From positions 757,272 to 821,271 of the forward strand of contig LSRY02000044.1 in NCBI GenBank assembly GCA_001643675.2: a stretch of DNA of 64,000 nucleotides, given 5' to 3'. A model generated the notes under the pieces. The model ran no database searches and was not told the origin of the DNA. It saw nothing but the letters and a program-made list of their open reading frames with translations. Below are positions 22,866 through 35,474 of this stretch, piece after piece. Source of the stretch: Monocercomonoides exilis PA203 (Eukaryota; Protista; Preaxostyla). The translations under genes and the position numbers were made by a program. Numbering within the stretch: position 1 is the first letter of the stretch; the number at the start of each line of letters is the position of its first letter.

Positions 22866-25800
22866 GTGCATACAAATGTTATTTCATTTGAAAAGCCTAT
22901 GAACGAATATGACGACGAAAAAGAAATGCTTTATATGATAGAGAAAAGGAAAAAGAAGAAAATTATAGATTCGCCTTTGAAAGCGCTTCATAATGATGTT
23001 AATTTAGAAAGAGCGAAGAATTTTCGCGAAATTTTTCTTGATAATACTTCGAAAAGGCAAGTTAAAAGAATTAAAGACCCAAGTTTTTCATTGGAAGAAG
23101 AAGAAATTGATGCATCAGAAACAAATTATCATTTTGAGGATTTTTCTCAGTATTCCAACCTTCTTTCGCTAACAATGGAATGTTGTAATCTCACGAAGAT
23201 TAGTATTTTTGATGAAAATAAAGAGGATGATATAAGTCCATCAACGTTGGAAGGTTGTTTGAGCGATTGTTCTCCAAAGCGCGTTATTTCAAATAATCAA
23301 TTTGCTTCTCTGAGAATTGTCCAATTGCAGCATAATCATCTTAAATTCGATGCTCTTTGGAATCTATCTTATTTGCCTCTTGTTGAGGTTATTGATTTGT
23401 CTTCTAATAATTTAGGATCTTTTTCATTCGAAGAAATTTCTTTCCTTCAAGCACGAATGAAGAACAGCTTTAAGAGACATTCAATGCATGGCAAATCGCT
23501 GAATTTTTATGAAGAATCTACGAGAAATATGTTAGTTAATTCTTGTGGTACGTGCTCTGGAAATGTCAACTTTCCGTCATTGCACACATTAATACTCAAC
23601 CAAAACAAACTTAATGAGTCTGTGTTTTGCTCAACATTGAGGCCAATGCTCCGTTTGATGAAAAAACTATCGCGCCTTTCGCTTTCTGGCAACAAGCTGC
23701 ACACTTTGCCTCCGTTCATACCGCCTCCAAGTGGATTTGGATATAAGAACACAATTTTGGCAGAATCTGGAAAAGTTACAAATGAAAGTGAAATTTTAGA
23801 AAAGAAGGAAGGAAGCAATGAAGCAATACAAGCAAAAGAAATAGATGATGGAGAAAATGAGAGGTTTCAAGATATCAAGACGGATAAAGAAATAAAGAAA
23901 GGAGCTGATGCAATAAGGGAACAGGATAGCGTTGATTCGAGTGAATTGTGTGATTCAGACATGAAAGGCGAGGAAAGTCTATTTGACTTTTTGGACGAAG
24001 AACGCGATGTCAGCTTGGATGCCTCGCATTCTCTCTCCTCGCTGCTGTATTTGTCTCTCTCGCACAATCCTCTGCCTGCTGCGTCGCTCTTCCGAATTGC
24101 CAGCTCTGTTCTTCCGCTGCCGTCGCTTCGGTGCCTCGTCTTGTGCGGCACAGAAGCCGGCGCAGCAGCAGCAGACAATGCGATTCTGAGGCAGCTGGTT
24201 GTGGAAAGTGTGCCGAGTGTGTTTGACGACGAGCGGAGAGAAAGAGCGCGGCGTGTGGGCGCTCTGAAGGCAGAGATAGCGAAAAGCAAGAGAGAAGAAA
24301 GGGGAGATTTGCTAAAGAACAGCAGGGAGAACGCTGATAGGACAGATGGATCGGATCATTCGGTACATTCGTTGGAGTTTGAGCCGACATTGTCAGATGT
24401 ATTTCTTCATCCTCAGACAATCAACAGAAACTCAACTACTTACACACTCGCCACATCTGTCACTGCAAGCGAGTTTTCGATCGATTGCAAGCCAACCACA
24501 CCTTCAAAAAACAATTTATCAGCTGAAAGTATGTGCAGGGCTTGGGAAAGAGTTGAAAGGGGGAAATATTTTTTTGAAATATTTTGAGAGAGAATATGTG
24601 AATAGTTAGATAATTTCTTTTTTTATTATTATTATTTCTAACAATATATACTAATTTTTATTCATTTGATAACACCACAAAGACAACTCAACACAAGACA
24701 CGCACACGTCTGCTGCGCTGAAGTTCTATCCATCCATCGACACTCTCTTTGGCCTTTCCGAGCCGCACCCCAAAATCGTCATTCAACACTCTCCGCTTTG
24801 TGGTGTCATGGCATCAGATAAAGTTTTGGCGCCGGCTGCTTCGCCAATTCGGATACCGACTCCGTCTTCGCCGCCAGCCACGCGCCAGCTGACGTCTTCG
24901 CTCACATCACGCACAGCACAAACAACACACACAAATCAGACAAATCAGACACCGTCTTCGTTTCTCTCCTCTTTGATCCCTGCTTCTGCCTCTTCTTCAT
25001 CTTCTTCCTCTCCTTCAAATGCATTTTCTTCAAACATTTCACAGACAAGAATTCCTTCAGTGATGGCACAACGACAGCGCGACAGACAGCAAATAACTGG
25101 AAGCTCAATGAAGCGTTTTTCCAAATCGACAACAGACGGGAAACTTCGGATAGACAAAATGGAAACTATTTTGCCTTCAAAAGATAGGTTTTTATATTTT
25201 CTTAATGGAACTTGTTATTCATTTAAATGTTAATATTTTAACTTCTAATACTTTATATTCTTAAATTTTTATTCATTCAGAATGGCAATCATTGCACCTG
25301 AGCGTGAGTCTGTCCGCCTTCACGACATCCGCCAAAAACGGAAGAAACTGTCAACAGAAGCACTTGTCGACTTATTGTTCACTTCTTCTTCAACCGACAT
25401 GAATGAGCCATCTTCTATGTCATCATCTTCTTCTTCTTCAACACTTCCTTCTTCTTCTTCTTCTTCCACTTCAGGCTCAGCACTTTCATTCAAACCACCT
25501 CGGAGAACACTTCCTCAGCAGCCTGTCAAATCCACCATCTTCAAAGCAACAGAATCCATGTACGACCTAACGGCGCCTGCCGAAAGTGAGTTTATTCTTC
25601 CATTTTTCACCAACAGCTCAACCGCCTCTTCTGCTTCTTCTTCTGTTGCTTCATTGGGCAGAGCTGGTTTGGTGTCTTACTCAGCAAAAAAGACAATCAA
25701 CGCCAAGTTCGATGAAAGAGAGGAAGCATCTGAAGATGCACAGAAATACAGCGGAACTCTTCCTCCACTACAAAGTGGAATGCGAAATGAGAGCAGAAAT

Positions 25801-27483
25801 TCGCTTAATGAGCACAGCAATAACACTGCGCAGAAGGAGAAGAGTGGAAGTGGAGGAAAAGAAAAAGAGGAAGAGGATGATGATGAAGATGCAGGAGACA
25901 AACTGATTGACAAGCTGTTAGATGGAATTGAGAGAGAAAAGGTGAAGCAGAAGAAAGAGAAAGAGCGAAAAGAAAGGGAACTTGAGAAGAAGCTGGCGAT
26001 GGAGCAAGAAGAGCGAGCGAAGGAGAAGGAAAAGCAGATGCAAGCAGCTCAGCTGAGTGGAACTTTGTCTGAAAAGGAGATGCAAACACACTCGTCGACA
26101 AGAGCAGCACAGGCACATCTGCCGCCGCTGGAACACAATCAGAGCGAGTCGACGATTCGCATTCAGACAGCAAATAAAGAGGGAGTAAATGGGAATGGCA
26201 AGAAGGAAGATAAAAGTGTGGAAGGAGTGAGTAGTGTTGGAGGAGGAGGAGGAGGAGATGCAGGTGAAGGATCAGAAGAAGGAAAAGAAAACGTGAAGAA
26301 GAGTTGGGGAGATGTGGTTGGAGACAATATTAAAAAGGCTATTGAGAAAGGAAAAGAGAAGAAACAGAAGGAAAGAGAAAAAAAGCAGAAAGCTGAGTAT
26401 GAAAAGCAGATGAAGAGAGCAAAAGAAAGAGAAGAGAAGTTCAGAAGACACAGGAAGGGAAAATACAACAAGACATTTGATGGCACTGAAGATGATGAGC
26501 AACAAGAGGGAGAGCAAAGGAAAGCATCGAGTGTGATTGGAGGGAGTCGATTGTCTGACTTTTTGGCGGAACGGGCAGGAATTCAGATGAAGATGCAGAA
26601 GAGGAAGGAAAAAGAGGCTTTGATGAAACGGAATGAAGAGGAGATTCTGAAGGAAAAAGAAAAGATCAGAAAAAGAAAAGAAAAAGAGGAAAGAAAAAGA
26701 AAGAAAATGGAAGAGAAAAAGAGAAGAGAAGATGACAGAACATTTTTAACAGGAACAAGCGAAGAAGAAAGATTGGCAGCTGAAGAAGAAGATGATGAAG
26801 AAGAGGAAGAGGAGGAAGAAGAAGAAGAGGAAGAGAAAGAAATGAACAAGGGAACATATGGAGAATTTGATGATAACGAAGACAAAGGAAAGCTTCATTC
26901 ATCAGGCACATCATCATTCTCTCCATCAGACACAGGAAAAGACGATATTCAGCCGATTTCTTTGCCTCTTTCGTATCGTCAGGCGATTGTTGCATTGAGA
27001 TTTATTTTGGAGCATCCGATTCAGACACAACCGCCTCCTCCGCTGCCTCGTTTCAACTTTGGGTCATCTTCTTTGTACGACCATCTACAGAACTCGAAGG
27101 TGGATGAAGCGAAAATGAAGGAGGTTTTGTTCATTCGGAATGTGATAATACGAAAGGAGGAAGAGAGCGAGAGAGAACGAAAGCAAATGGAACAGGAAGA
27201 GAACGAACGAATGCTAAAGGAGCAGAAGGAGAGGAAGCGGATAAGAGAGCAGCGGAGGCGCGAGAGAGAGAAGAGAAGGGCGGAAGAAAGGAAGCAGATT
27301 GAAGAGGCAGCAAGAGAAAGGAGAAAGTTGGAATCACTTGAAAGCGGATTTGATGTGACTGGGTCGAGCGAAGGAGTGGAGCACAACGTAGCAAAGATGG
27401 ATGCAGTGTTGGAGAAGATTGAAGGAGAAGCTGCCAAGCTGATTGATGATTATTCAGATATATTGAATGCACGCGAGGAATAG
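22866..27483 (+). CDS. Leucine-rich repeat protein, XRRA1-like, with charged coiled-coil C-terminus (multi-exon)
   Basis: LRRs: LRIVQLQHNHL, VEVIDLSSNNL, LHTLILNQNKL, LSRLSLSGNKL, LLYLSLSHNPL. ORF blocks 22866-24587, 24808-25233 and 25282-27483 are separated by T-rich introns. The C-terminal LPLSYRQAIVALRFILEHP recalls XRRA1-family proteins (from memory, unverified). Confidence 0.7.
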
Positions 27484-27844
27484 TTGAAGTGTTTAAATGA
27501 TGTCTTGTTAATTATTTACAAAGCATTTTAAAAAATATATGTTTGTTTTTGAAAATTCAGTTAATTCATATTTTTTTAGTTGAGTCAATTTCACTTTTTA
27601 TAGTTTTTCTAAAAACTCAAAATAATTTTGCAATGTTTTATTTTAAAAAATTCAGAATAAAATTAAAATCAAATGGCTGAACCTTTTTGAAATCCGTCTT
27701 TAATTGGAGATTTTATATATATTATAAAAATAAAAAATAGCCAAAATTTCAAAAAAAGTTTTATGTTCGCAAATTTTAAAAAAACAATCAAAATTTTCGA
27801 AAGCATATTCTCCAATTGTTAAACAAATGAATTTTTTTTTTTTT

Positions 27845-27878
<34 letters not shown>

Positions 27879-27903
27879 GAGACTCAATTTTCACAATTGA
27901 TAA

Positions 27904-28440
27904 ATGGGTGATAAATAAAGACATTATATTTTTCAATTCAAAACTTTAGGATAAAAAAAATACACCTTGAATATCAACAAAAGAACACTGAAAAGTTAAA
28001 GGCCTAAAAAAGTTGGGGGAAAAAATACGGACTTTCATGCGTGTTTTTCACAAAGCACAAAAAATTTCTTCACTGATAACTTCATTAACCTTTTTCTCAT
28101 TATTCAATAAACCGGATTTTCATATCTTTAAATGGGCATCCTTGATAAAAAATCATCAAGTTTTGTGATCTCACATTAATGAAAAATTACGAACACATTT
28201 TTTATGTATTTTTTGATCACAAAAAGTACATCCACTGTTCAAAGGATTTCAAAAAAATTTAACTTGAAGATGCTTTTTTTCCTCCATATCTTCGTCTTCA
28301 TTAAAAACAAAAACATTCGTTTTTGAAACATTTGTAATGTATTTTGCATTTAAATGCAAAATCACTTTCCAATGACAAATGACCTTTGAAAAATTAATTC
28401 ATTGAATAAAAGATTTGATTTCAATAATAATCACCTAAAT
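27904..28440. mobile_element. Degenerate MITE-like element related to the 29301-29561 element
   Basis: Left end ATGGGTGATAAATAAAGACATTATA (27904) and right end TTTGATTTCAATAATAATCACCTAAAT (28414-28440) resemble the TIRs of the 29.3-kb element. Confidence 0.4.
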
Positions 28441-28802
28441 ATACAAATTGTAATCTGTGAATGAAGATTATTTTTTGAATTCTTCTGTTGCTTGACAATT
28501 GGAAAAAATCATTTGTCTGACACAAAAAAAAAAAAAAAAAAAAAGAAAGAAAGAAAGAAAGAAATAAAATAAAAAAATCGATAAAGAAAACTTTGAAAGA
28601 CTTTTTAAAGCACTTTGAAAAAGAAATGTTGACAGTATTTGAAATCTCTGTTTTTTTTCCTTTTTGTTGGTAACCGACACTGATGGCCAATGACAAATTG
28701 AGACAAAAAATTCCTCTTCTGACATTTCCAGTCCATAAATAATAATTGTTTGGAGCTTGAACATTTTTATTAAAAATTTGATTTTTTCAAAATAATTTGA
28801 AC

Positions 28803-29050
28803 AGTTGGTTAATTCTTTTTGAAAAGTCGCCAATGTTTTATTTTCAAATAAATAAAAAATTTCATATTTTGCTCATATTTATGTTAATATACACCAAACT
28901 TCACAGATAAGGAATCTATTTCTGGAGAATGCGATTTCAAGCATCCTAAAGAAGATTTGTGAGCGGAAACATAAATGTGAGCAAAATGTGAAATTTCTGA
29001 TTTATTTGAAAATTTAACATTTGCAACTTTTCATAAAGAATCACCCAGTT
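28803..29050. mobile_element. Fold-back/MITE-like element with ~83-bp imperfect terminal inverted repeats
   Basis: 28803-28885 is the reverse complement of 28968-29050 with scattered mismatches. The outer end (TTTTCATAAAGAATCACCCA) resembles the 29.3-kb MITE TIR. Confidence 0.7.
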
Positions 29051-29271
29051 TTATATTGATTTATTGATTATATTAATACATAATCAAAAATTGTTGAACC
29101 GTGAATATTTCAACAATTGACAAATCATCAAAATCTTGTCAGTCATTATTTCATTGTTTCAATTTTTTCTTTTCATGTCGCAGAGGTCTTATTCAAAAAG
29201 ATGAATTGAATGAAAGGATCGAATAAGTGTTTATCCATTCAATAATTAAAAGCTTCGAAGAATAAAGTCTA

Positions 29272-29300
<29 letters not shown>

Positions 29301-29306
<6 letters not shown>

Positions 29307-29561
29307 GTGATTATTTTTGAAATCATAAACTTTTTCGGGGTGTTAATTTTCAAAGATAGTTAGTTTTTTGAATGAAATTTTTATTTAAAAGAGAAAAAGC
29401 ATGACAATTGCTTTTTAAAACAAATGGTTTTTCCGAATCAAAGATTAAAAGGCATTCAATAAGTTTTTTCACTTTTCAATTTTTTTATTGATACTCAAGA
29501 AGTGTTTTGCACCGAATTTTTTGTATGAAAAAAATATGATTTCAAAAATAATCACCCATAT
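29301..29561. mobile_element. MITE (~260 bp) with a perfect 27-bp terminal inverted repeat, adjoining a (TA)n tract; Tc1/mariner-type TA target plausible
   Basis: ATATGGGTGATTATTTTTGAAATCATA (29301-29327) is the exact reverse complement of 29535-29561. No coding capacity. (TA)n tract at about 29276-29304. Confidence 0.8.
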
Positions 29562-29769
29562 CCAGAGAAGTTTTTGTTAAAATCAAAAAATTTTGAAGTC
29601 AAAAAAATTTTCAATTGTTTCATTCAAACAAAATTCTATTGTGTTATTTTTAAAAACTGAATAATTTTATTGCGCAGATTCAAAAAAAGTCAAAGAAATA
29701 AAAAATCGAGTTCGATAAATTAAAAATATTGACTGACAAAGTGTTGATTTTTTTCTGAAAGCTTATTTG

Positions 29770-29794
29770 AACAACAACAACAACAACAACAACA

Positions 29795-29825
<31 letters not shown>

Positions 29826-29838
29826 AAAAAAAAAAAAA
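29770..29838. repeat. Compound (AAC)n-(AC)n-poly(A) microsatellite
   Basis: Seen directly in the sequence. Confidence 0.9.
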
Positions 29839-30343
29839 TCAATCTCAAGAAACATTACTTCATACTGGATAATAATTCCTTCAAATCAATCCCATTTTTC
29901 TTTTATTTTTTTCCACAAAGACATTCAACATTCTTTGAAAAGACTATGTTAAAATCTTTAAAAAAATAAACTGAGGATTCATGAGTATTCAATATTTTTT
30001 TTAATGATTTTTTCCATTTTGTCAAAGAAAATACTTATGAAAATGTTAAAAATAATTGACAAGTATCTAATGCTAATCAATTATTTCAATTTAAAAACCG
30101 TGAAAAACACAAACATGTTACAAAGCTATATCATTTCTCATTAAAAGAGAAAAAAAAATTGAAAATACATACAGAAAACCTAAAAGAGACTTAAAAATCA
30201 ACAAATAACTGTGACTTATATGTAAAAAATTCAATCATTTCCCTTTATTATTTGCAAAATACAGGAATGCTAATGAAAAGGATTTGTTTCTGTTAAAGTT
30301 AGCATTCACTTTTGGTAAAATAATCTCACTGCATTTATCGCAT

Positions 30344-33300
30344 TCATTTTGGCTTTGGAAGACTAGGAAGTTTTCCTGCTTGCAAAGTCAAGTCCTGACT
30401 TATTCGCTCCAAAATAGCTGACCCCGATATACATTCCTAACAATATGCAAACGATTGTGATTTCAGAAATAAAAATCAGAAATATTAATCAGAAAAATAA
30501 ATATTTTTTGAATAGAAAATGCATTTCTAATTTTCAAATAATTTTGAAAAAAATAAACTCATAAAAGCAATGAGAAACTTATGTGTAATATATAAACATT
30601 TTCATATCTTATTTGCTTTTAAATTTTATATTCCACATTCTCATTTGAACAAATGCACACCTGCAATTTCTGCCTCTTCACTTCTTCTCGTGCCACAAGC
30701 TCCTCGATAACGAAGTTCCTCACATATCCTTTCGTCACAGTGCTTGTACAGTCCGGGCATTGTGTTTTTCCACCTTTTCCACACAAATAAGCACAGCTTC
30801 TGCAAAGTGTGTGTCCGCAAGGAATGAAAGTGACAGGAGTGGTCAACAGTTTCAAACAGCGCCTGCAACTTAAAGAAACCTGAATAACACAAACAGATGG
30901 AAAATGATGGAATAAATTAGCGCATGTTTCAAAATGAATTTCATTATTGTCTCTCACTGACTTTTAATAAACAAAAATCTTTCAGATGAAAAAGATAAAT
31001 TGTTAAAAAACACTTTCTTTTTTTTCCCCTTTTGTTCAAAACACAACAAATATCTAAAGTTTTCAGATTTCATTCATTGAGACATAAAATGCCACATAAA
31101 ATCTGCTCTTTTTCTCAATTCAACATACTGTCATTGCATCATTAACCACTCGAATTGTTTCTTGTGCTGAATGAAGCACATTCAGTTGTTCAGAGAAGGC
31201 TGTTGCGGCTTCTCTCATCGTGTCGCTAATCTCAAAGAATAATTCCTTATAAAAAATTTTATAGAAAAATTTCGATGCATTTGAATGAATAAAAAAAAAA
31301 GAATAACATGAATATTTGTCGAAAAATAATGAACAAATGAATTTTCATAATAAAAAATAAGTTTGTAATACCCTGATTGTATTCAATTTGTCTCTATATT
31401 CTCTGATTGTGTTATCTTTCTCATTCAAATATCTTCTCAAATAATCCATGTTTACAAGGCAATATGACTATAATGACACACATCAAATAAATGAATTCCA
31501 TTGCAATCATCAAAATATTAAAAGAATCAATATAAATATCATAAAATAAAATAAATATTAAATTCAAAAAAATAAAAACTCCACTTCTTTTCTATTCATA
31601 CCATCCCGTTCCAGTTGTATGATCCTTCGCCGAGTCTGCCCCTCATTCCGTATTCGCTCACACTCATCCAATCACCCACAGCAACAATCGTTCCTTCTTT
31701 TGCCATCTCACTTTTCCTCTTTCTCGACTCTTCCATCGACTTCTCTCTCTTCAGCAGCACTTTCAGCAGCTGCTCCATCATCCTTTCTCGATCTGTTGGC
31801 CCTCTCTTCACAATGCCTGAACTCATTGAAGAAGAAGAAGAAGATGATGATTGAGATGAAGACGCAGCATTCGTTTGCATTCCTCCTGTTTTCCTTGTGA
31901 CATTTGAAGGTGATTTGCTTCGTGATTTTCCTTTTGATTTCTTATCGCTCTCTTTTGTTAACAGCTGATTAATGTTATCTTCACTTATTTCTATCTCTTC
32001 CATAATTTCTTCAGCTTCGCTCTTTGCCGGCGAATTGTTCTGATTGGAATTATCTTCATCTTCTTTTTCCGGCAGATTCATAAATTCAGCAAGTTGCTGA
32101 AGTTTATAAGCAAGCGATGGTTTTATTACTTGCATGCCTGGCGAAGATTTGGAAGACTTTTGAGTTGATTCTCCAGAAGAAGAAGAAGAAAGTCCCTCGT
32201 CTCCCTCATTTGTTTTGTTGCTTTTCCCTTTTTCAGCTTTCTTTTTCTTTGTTTTCTTTGCTTTTCCTTTATTTGCTTTCTCAGCTGCTTTATTTTCATC
32301 TTTCCCAGCATCTTCCTCTTCTTCCTCCTCCTCCCCTTCCTCTTCTTCCATCGACTTCTGCGCTGCTTTTGCCTTTTCCAGCATGTTCACCACAACATCC
32401 ACCGAACTCGAGTGGTTCAGCAGAATCGTCGGAGGAGGTGAAAGAATGCGCGAAACCTCGTCTTCAATCGAAATGACTGTCTGTGTCGAGATTTCTTCAC
32501 TTTCTTTCGCTCGAAGCTGCTCCTGCAGCTCACTGATTTCGTTCATCAGAGAATTGATTTGCTTCTGCTGGGCTGAATTTCTATCAAAAATTTAAAATGC
32601 AAAAATAAAACGAATTAAACAGAAGGGGAAAATGAATAATTCAACAACAAACATGATTTTCTCTTCATTCAATACTTTTGTTGCTTCCTCATTTGCATCC
32701 TTCAAATCTGCAATTGTCAATTCTTTCTCACAAATTTCATCTTTCAGCTTCATTTCGCTAACTTTCAGCTGTTTGATGACTTCTGCATTCTTTTTCTTGT
32801 CTTTCTCCATTTCTGCCTTGTCACTTTCCATCTTCTCCAAAACTGTGCATTTTTCTTCCCACTTCCTCCTCATTTCGTTCAACTCAATTTCCTGCTTTGC
32901 TCTTTCCAGCCGCATATTCTCCATCTCCAGCGCATTCTCCTTCGCTTTCTTCCTCAAACTCTCAATTTCTGTGCTCTGCTCATTCAATCTCTGTGTCTTC
33001 TCTTCCAATTCGCGTGTCTTGTTCATCAGCTGCAGCACTTGATATGCATTCAGCTCGGCATTCTGCTGGATGGCTGCTTCGAGCTCTGCCAAGTCGACTC
33101 CTCCGCTTCCATCTTCTCCTTCTCCTTCCGTGTATCCCCTTTCTCTCACACTCTCTCTGTTGCCTATCAGAACATCCCCTTCATTCGCTTTGCCACTTGC
33201 ACTCTGATTTCTGCTTTGCTCTTCTGAAATAAACTTCCTCAAAAACTCTTCTTCTCCAATTGGCCCTCCACTCGTGATTTCAGTCTGTGCCAAGTCTGAT

Positions 33301-35297
33301 TTTGATGTCATTGGATAAAAAGAAGGAGAAAATGAATTTGAAGAAGAAGAGGAAGGTGAAAACGTTGATGAGGAAACTATTGATCTTGATGGCAAAGAGG
33401 TTGTATTCATCAGAGATTCATTTGCATTGTAATTGTCAGTTGGCTCAGATGATGAAATGACCAAGTCAGATTCATCAATTTCGCGGTTCGGCTTAGAAGC
33501 AGGTGCAGGTGATGAGTCAGTCGAAGAATGAAGAGGCGAAGAAAACTGCGATGATTCAGGCAACTCATTTGTTTCTATTGGCATTTCTGAAGAGGACTGA
33601 AGAGGATGAAAAGTGTCTGAAGGAATACCTCTGTTATTATTATTATTATTATTATTAATATTTGAAGCAGATAGTGTTTTAGTGATGGGAGAAGAAATGA
33701 CAAAGTCGCTTTTTCCAATTTGGGGTGAAGAGGAGTTGTGTGGTGGAGTGTTTTTAATAAACGATGATGCGAAAGAGGTCGAAGGCAGTTGAGGGGACTT
33801 CCTTCGCGAAAGCACTTGAATTGTGTATTCGTAGTTGTCGTCTGGGAGCCTTGTGGATGGAAGGAGGGTCGGATATGAAGTGTTGGATGTGCTCAGGAAA
33901 GGCAGAAGAGGCGAAGTGGATGTTGGCACAAAAGTGTCTGTAGAAGAAGATGATGATGTGGATGATGACGACGATGAAGTGGAGGATGAATTGGCGGATG
34001 ATGTCTGCATTTCAAAAGAAGTAGATGAAAAGTCTTCGTTCTGACTGTCTTTCTGCTGCTTCAAAAAAGGTGATGTGAGACTTGAGCCAAATGGGTCTTT
34101 CTCTTCTTCCATTTGCTTCTTCCTTCTCTCTTCAAATGAACGTGTTTGTGAAAGATAAGAGGCGTCTCCTTGCTGATTTTGAATTTCTCGCCTTCTTTCC
34201 CAATTTAAGGGCATACCAGCTGGCTTCGTTCGAAATGTGTCTCTGCTTGTGTATTGCAAAGGATCTTCTTGTAATGAATTCCCGAATGATATCAAACTCT
34301 GTCTGAAACGTTCGTTTGGAGAGAAGCGGAACATGTTGCTCTGACTTTTCCAGACGGAGCTGCGTTGGTCTATATGCGACAATTCTCTTGTTTTATCTCT
34401 CAGAATTTCCGAATTTCGAAGCGATTCGGTTCTTTCTTTTTTCAGTGTGTTTTGCTCAGAATTACGTGAAGATGTTGGAGGCGTCACAATATCATCAGAA
34501 AGTAATGGAGGCAAATGAGAGTTAGACAAAGTGCGACGCTTGAGATCAGGGGGTGATACGCCTTCTCTTAAAAATTTTCGGGAATGACTTCTTTCCAGAT
34601 GCTCAACATTGTTCAATTCACATGTATTTTCAATATTCTCCATTTTCTCATCATCACAGTTTTGTGAATCAAGCAAAATTTCATTACCTTCATTTTCTAT
34701 AGAGGTGTTTGAAATTAGGTTGGTTGTCGATTCCTTTGAGGATAATTTTCCTTTCTCAATATCTTTCGGTCTAGGCCTGTTTTGATGTTTACGCTGTGGA
34801 TGTTCGTTTTGAGTTTCAGTAACTGGCTGAAAAACGCTCTGAAGAGTTTTTTCTTCGAGTCCAGTTGAGGACTTTATTTTATAAGAAAAAGGAGGTAAGC
34901 TAATTGTGGAAAAATCTTTTCCTTCAGAATACTCCTTCTTAACGATTGTAGACGAAGTATTTGGAAAATCTTGATTATCACATTCACTGTTGCAAATATC
35001 TGTATTAGACTGATAATATTCATTCGCATCTGCTTCATGTAATACTATCGATTTAGCAAAAAGTAATTCATCTGAAGTTTTCTCTATATCCCGCATAGAT
35101 AATTCTCGTTCAAAAATTGCATGTCTTTCTTTTGAATTTTTTCGATTTTTACGACTTCTTGAAGGTGTTGTATCATTTTCTGCATTGGAGGTTATTATTG
35201 ATTTGTTATTTAATCTTGTTTTAAACAATTCTGCAACTTCATTAACTTCTAAAGCTTGTCCTTCAGAATCTTCTGTATCATCAAATTTCTTTGACAT
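30344..35297 (-). CDS. Large coiled-coil protein with C-terminal C3HC4 RING finger (putative E3 ligase), multi-exon
   Basis: Large exons correspond to ORFs 32592-35297 and 31596-32546. RING exon near 30661-30880 reads CRRC...PCGHTLCRSC...CPDC...RNFVIEELV. Last exon ECISGSAILERISQDLTLQAGKLPSLPKPK then TGA at 30344-30346. Confidence 0.8.
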
Positions 35298-35474
35298 GAT
35301 ACAGTCTCTTTGTAACCTACAAAATAGCTTTTATTCCCCCAAACGCAGAAATAATTACCAGTTATTTTGACCCTTACTTATTTTTAAATATGCTTTTTTG
35401 TTTGGTTTTTCATTTCATTATAAACTTTTTAAGAAAAGCAAAAATTTTATGTTTGACAACGGTTTATTTTATCA

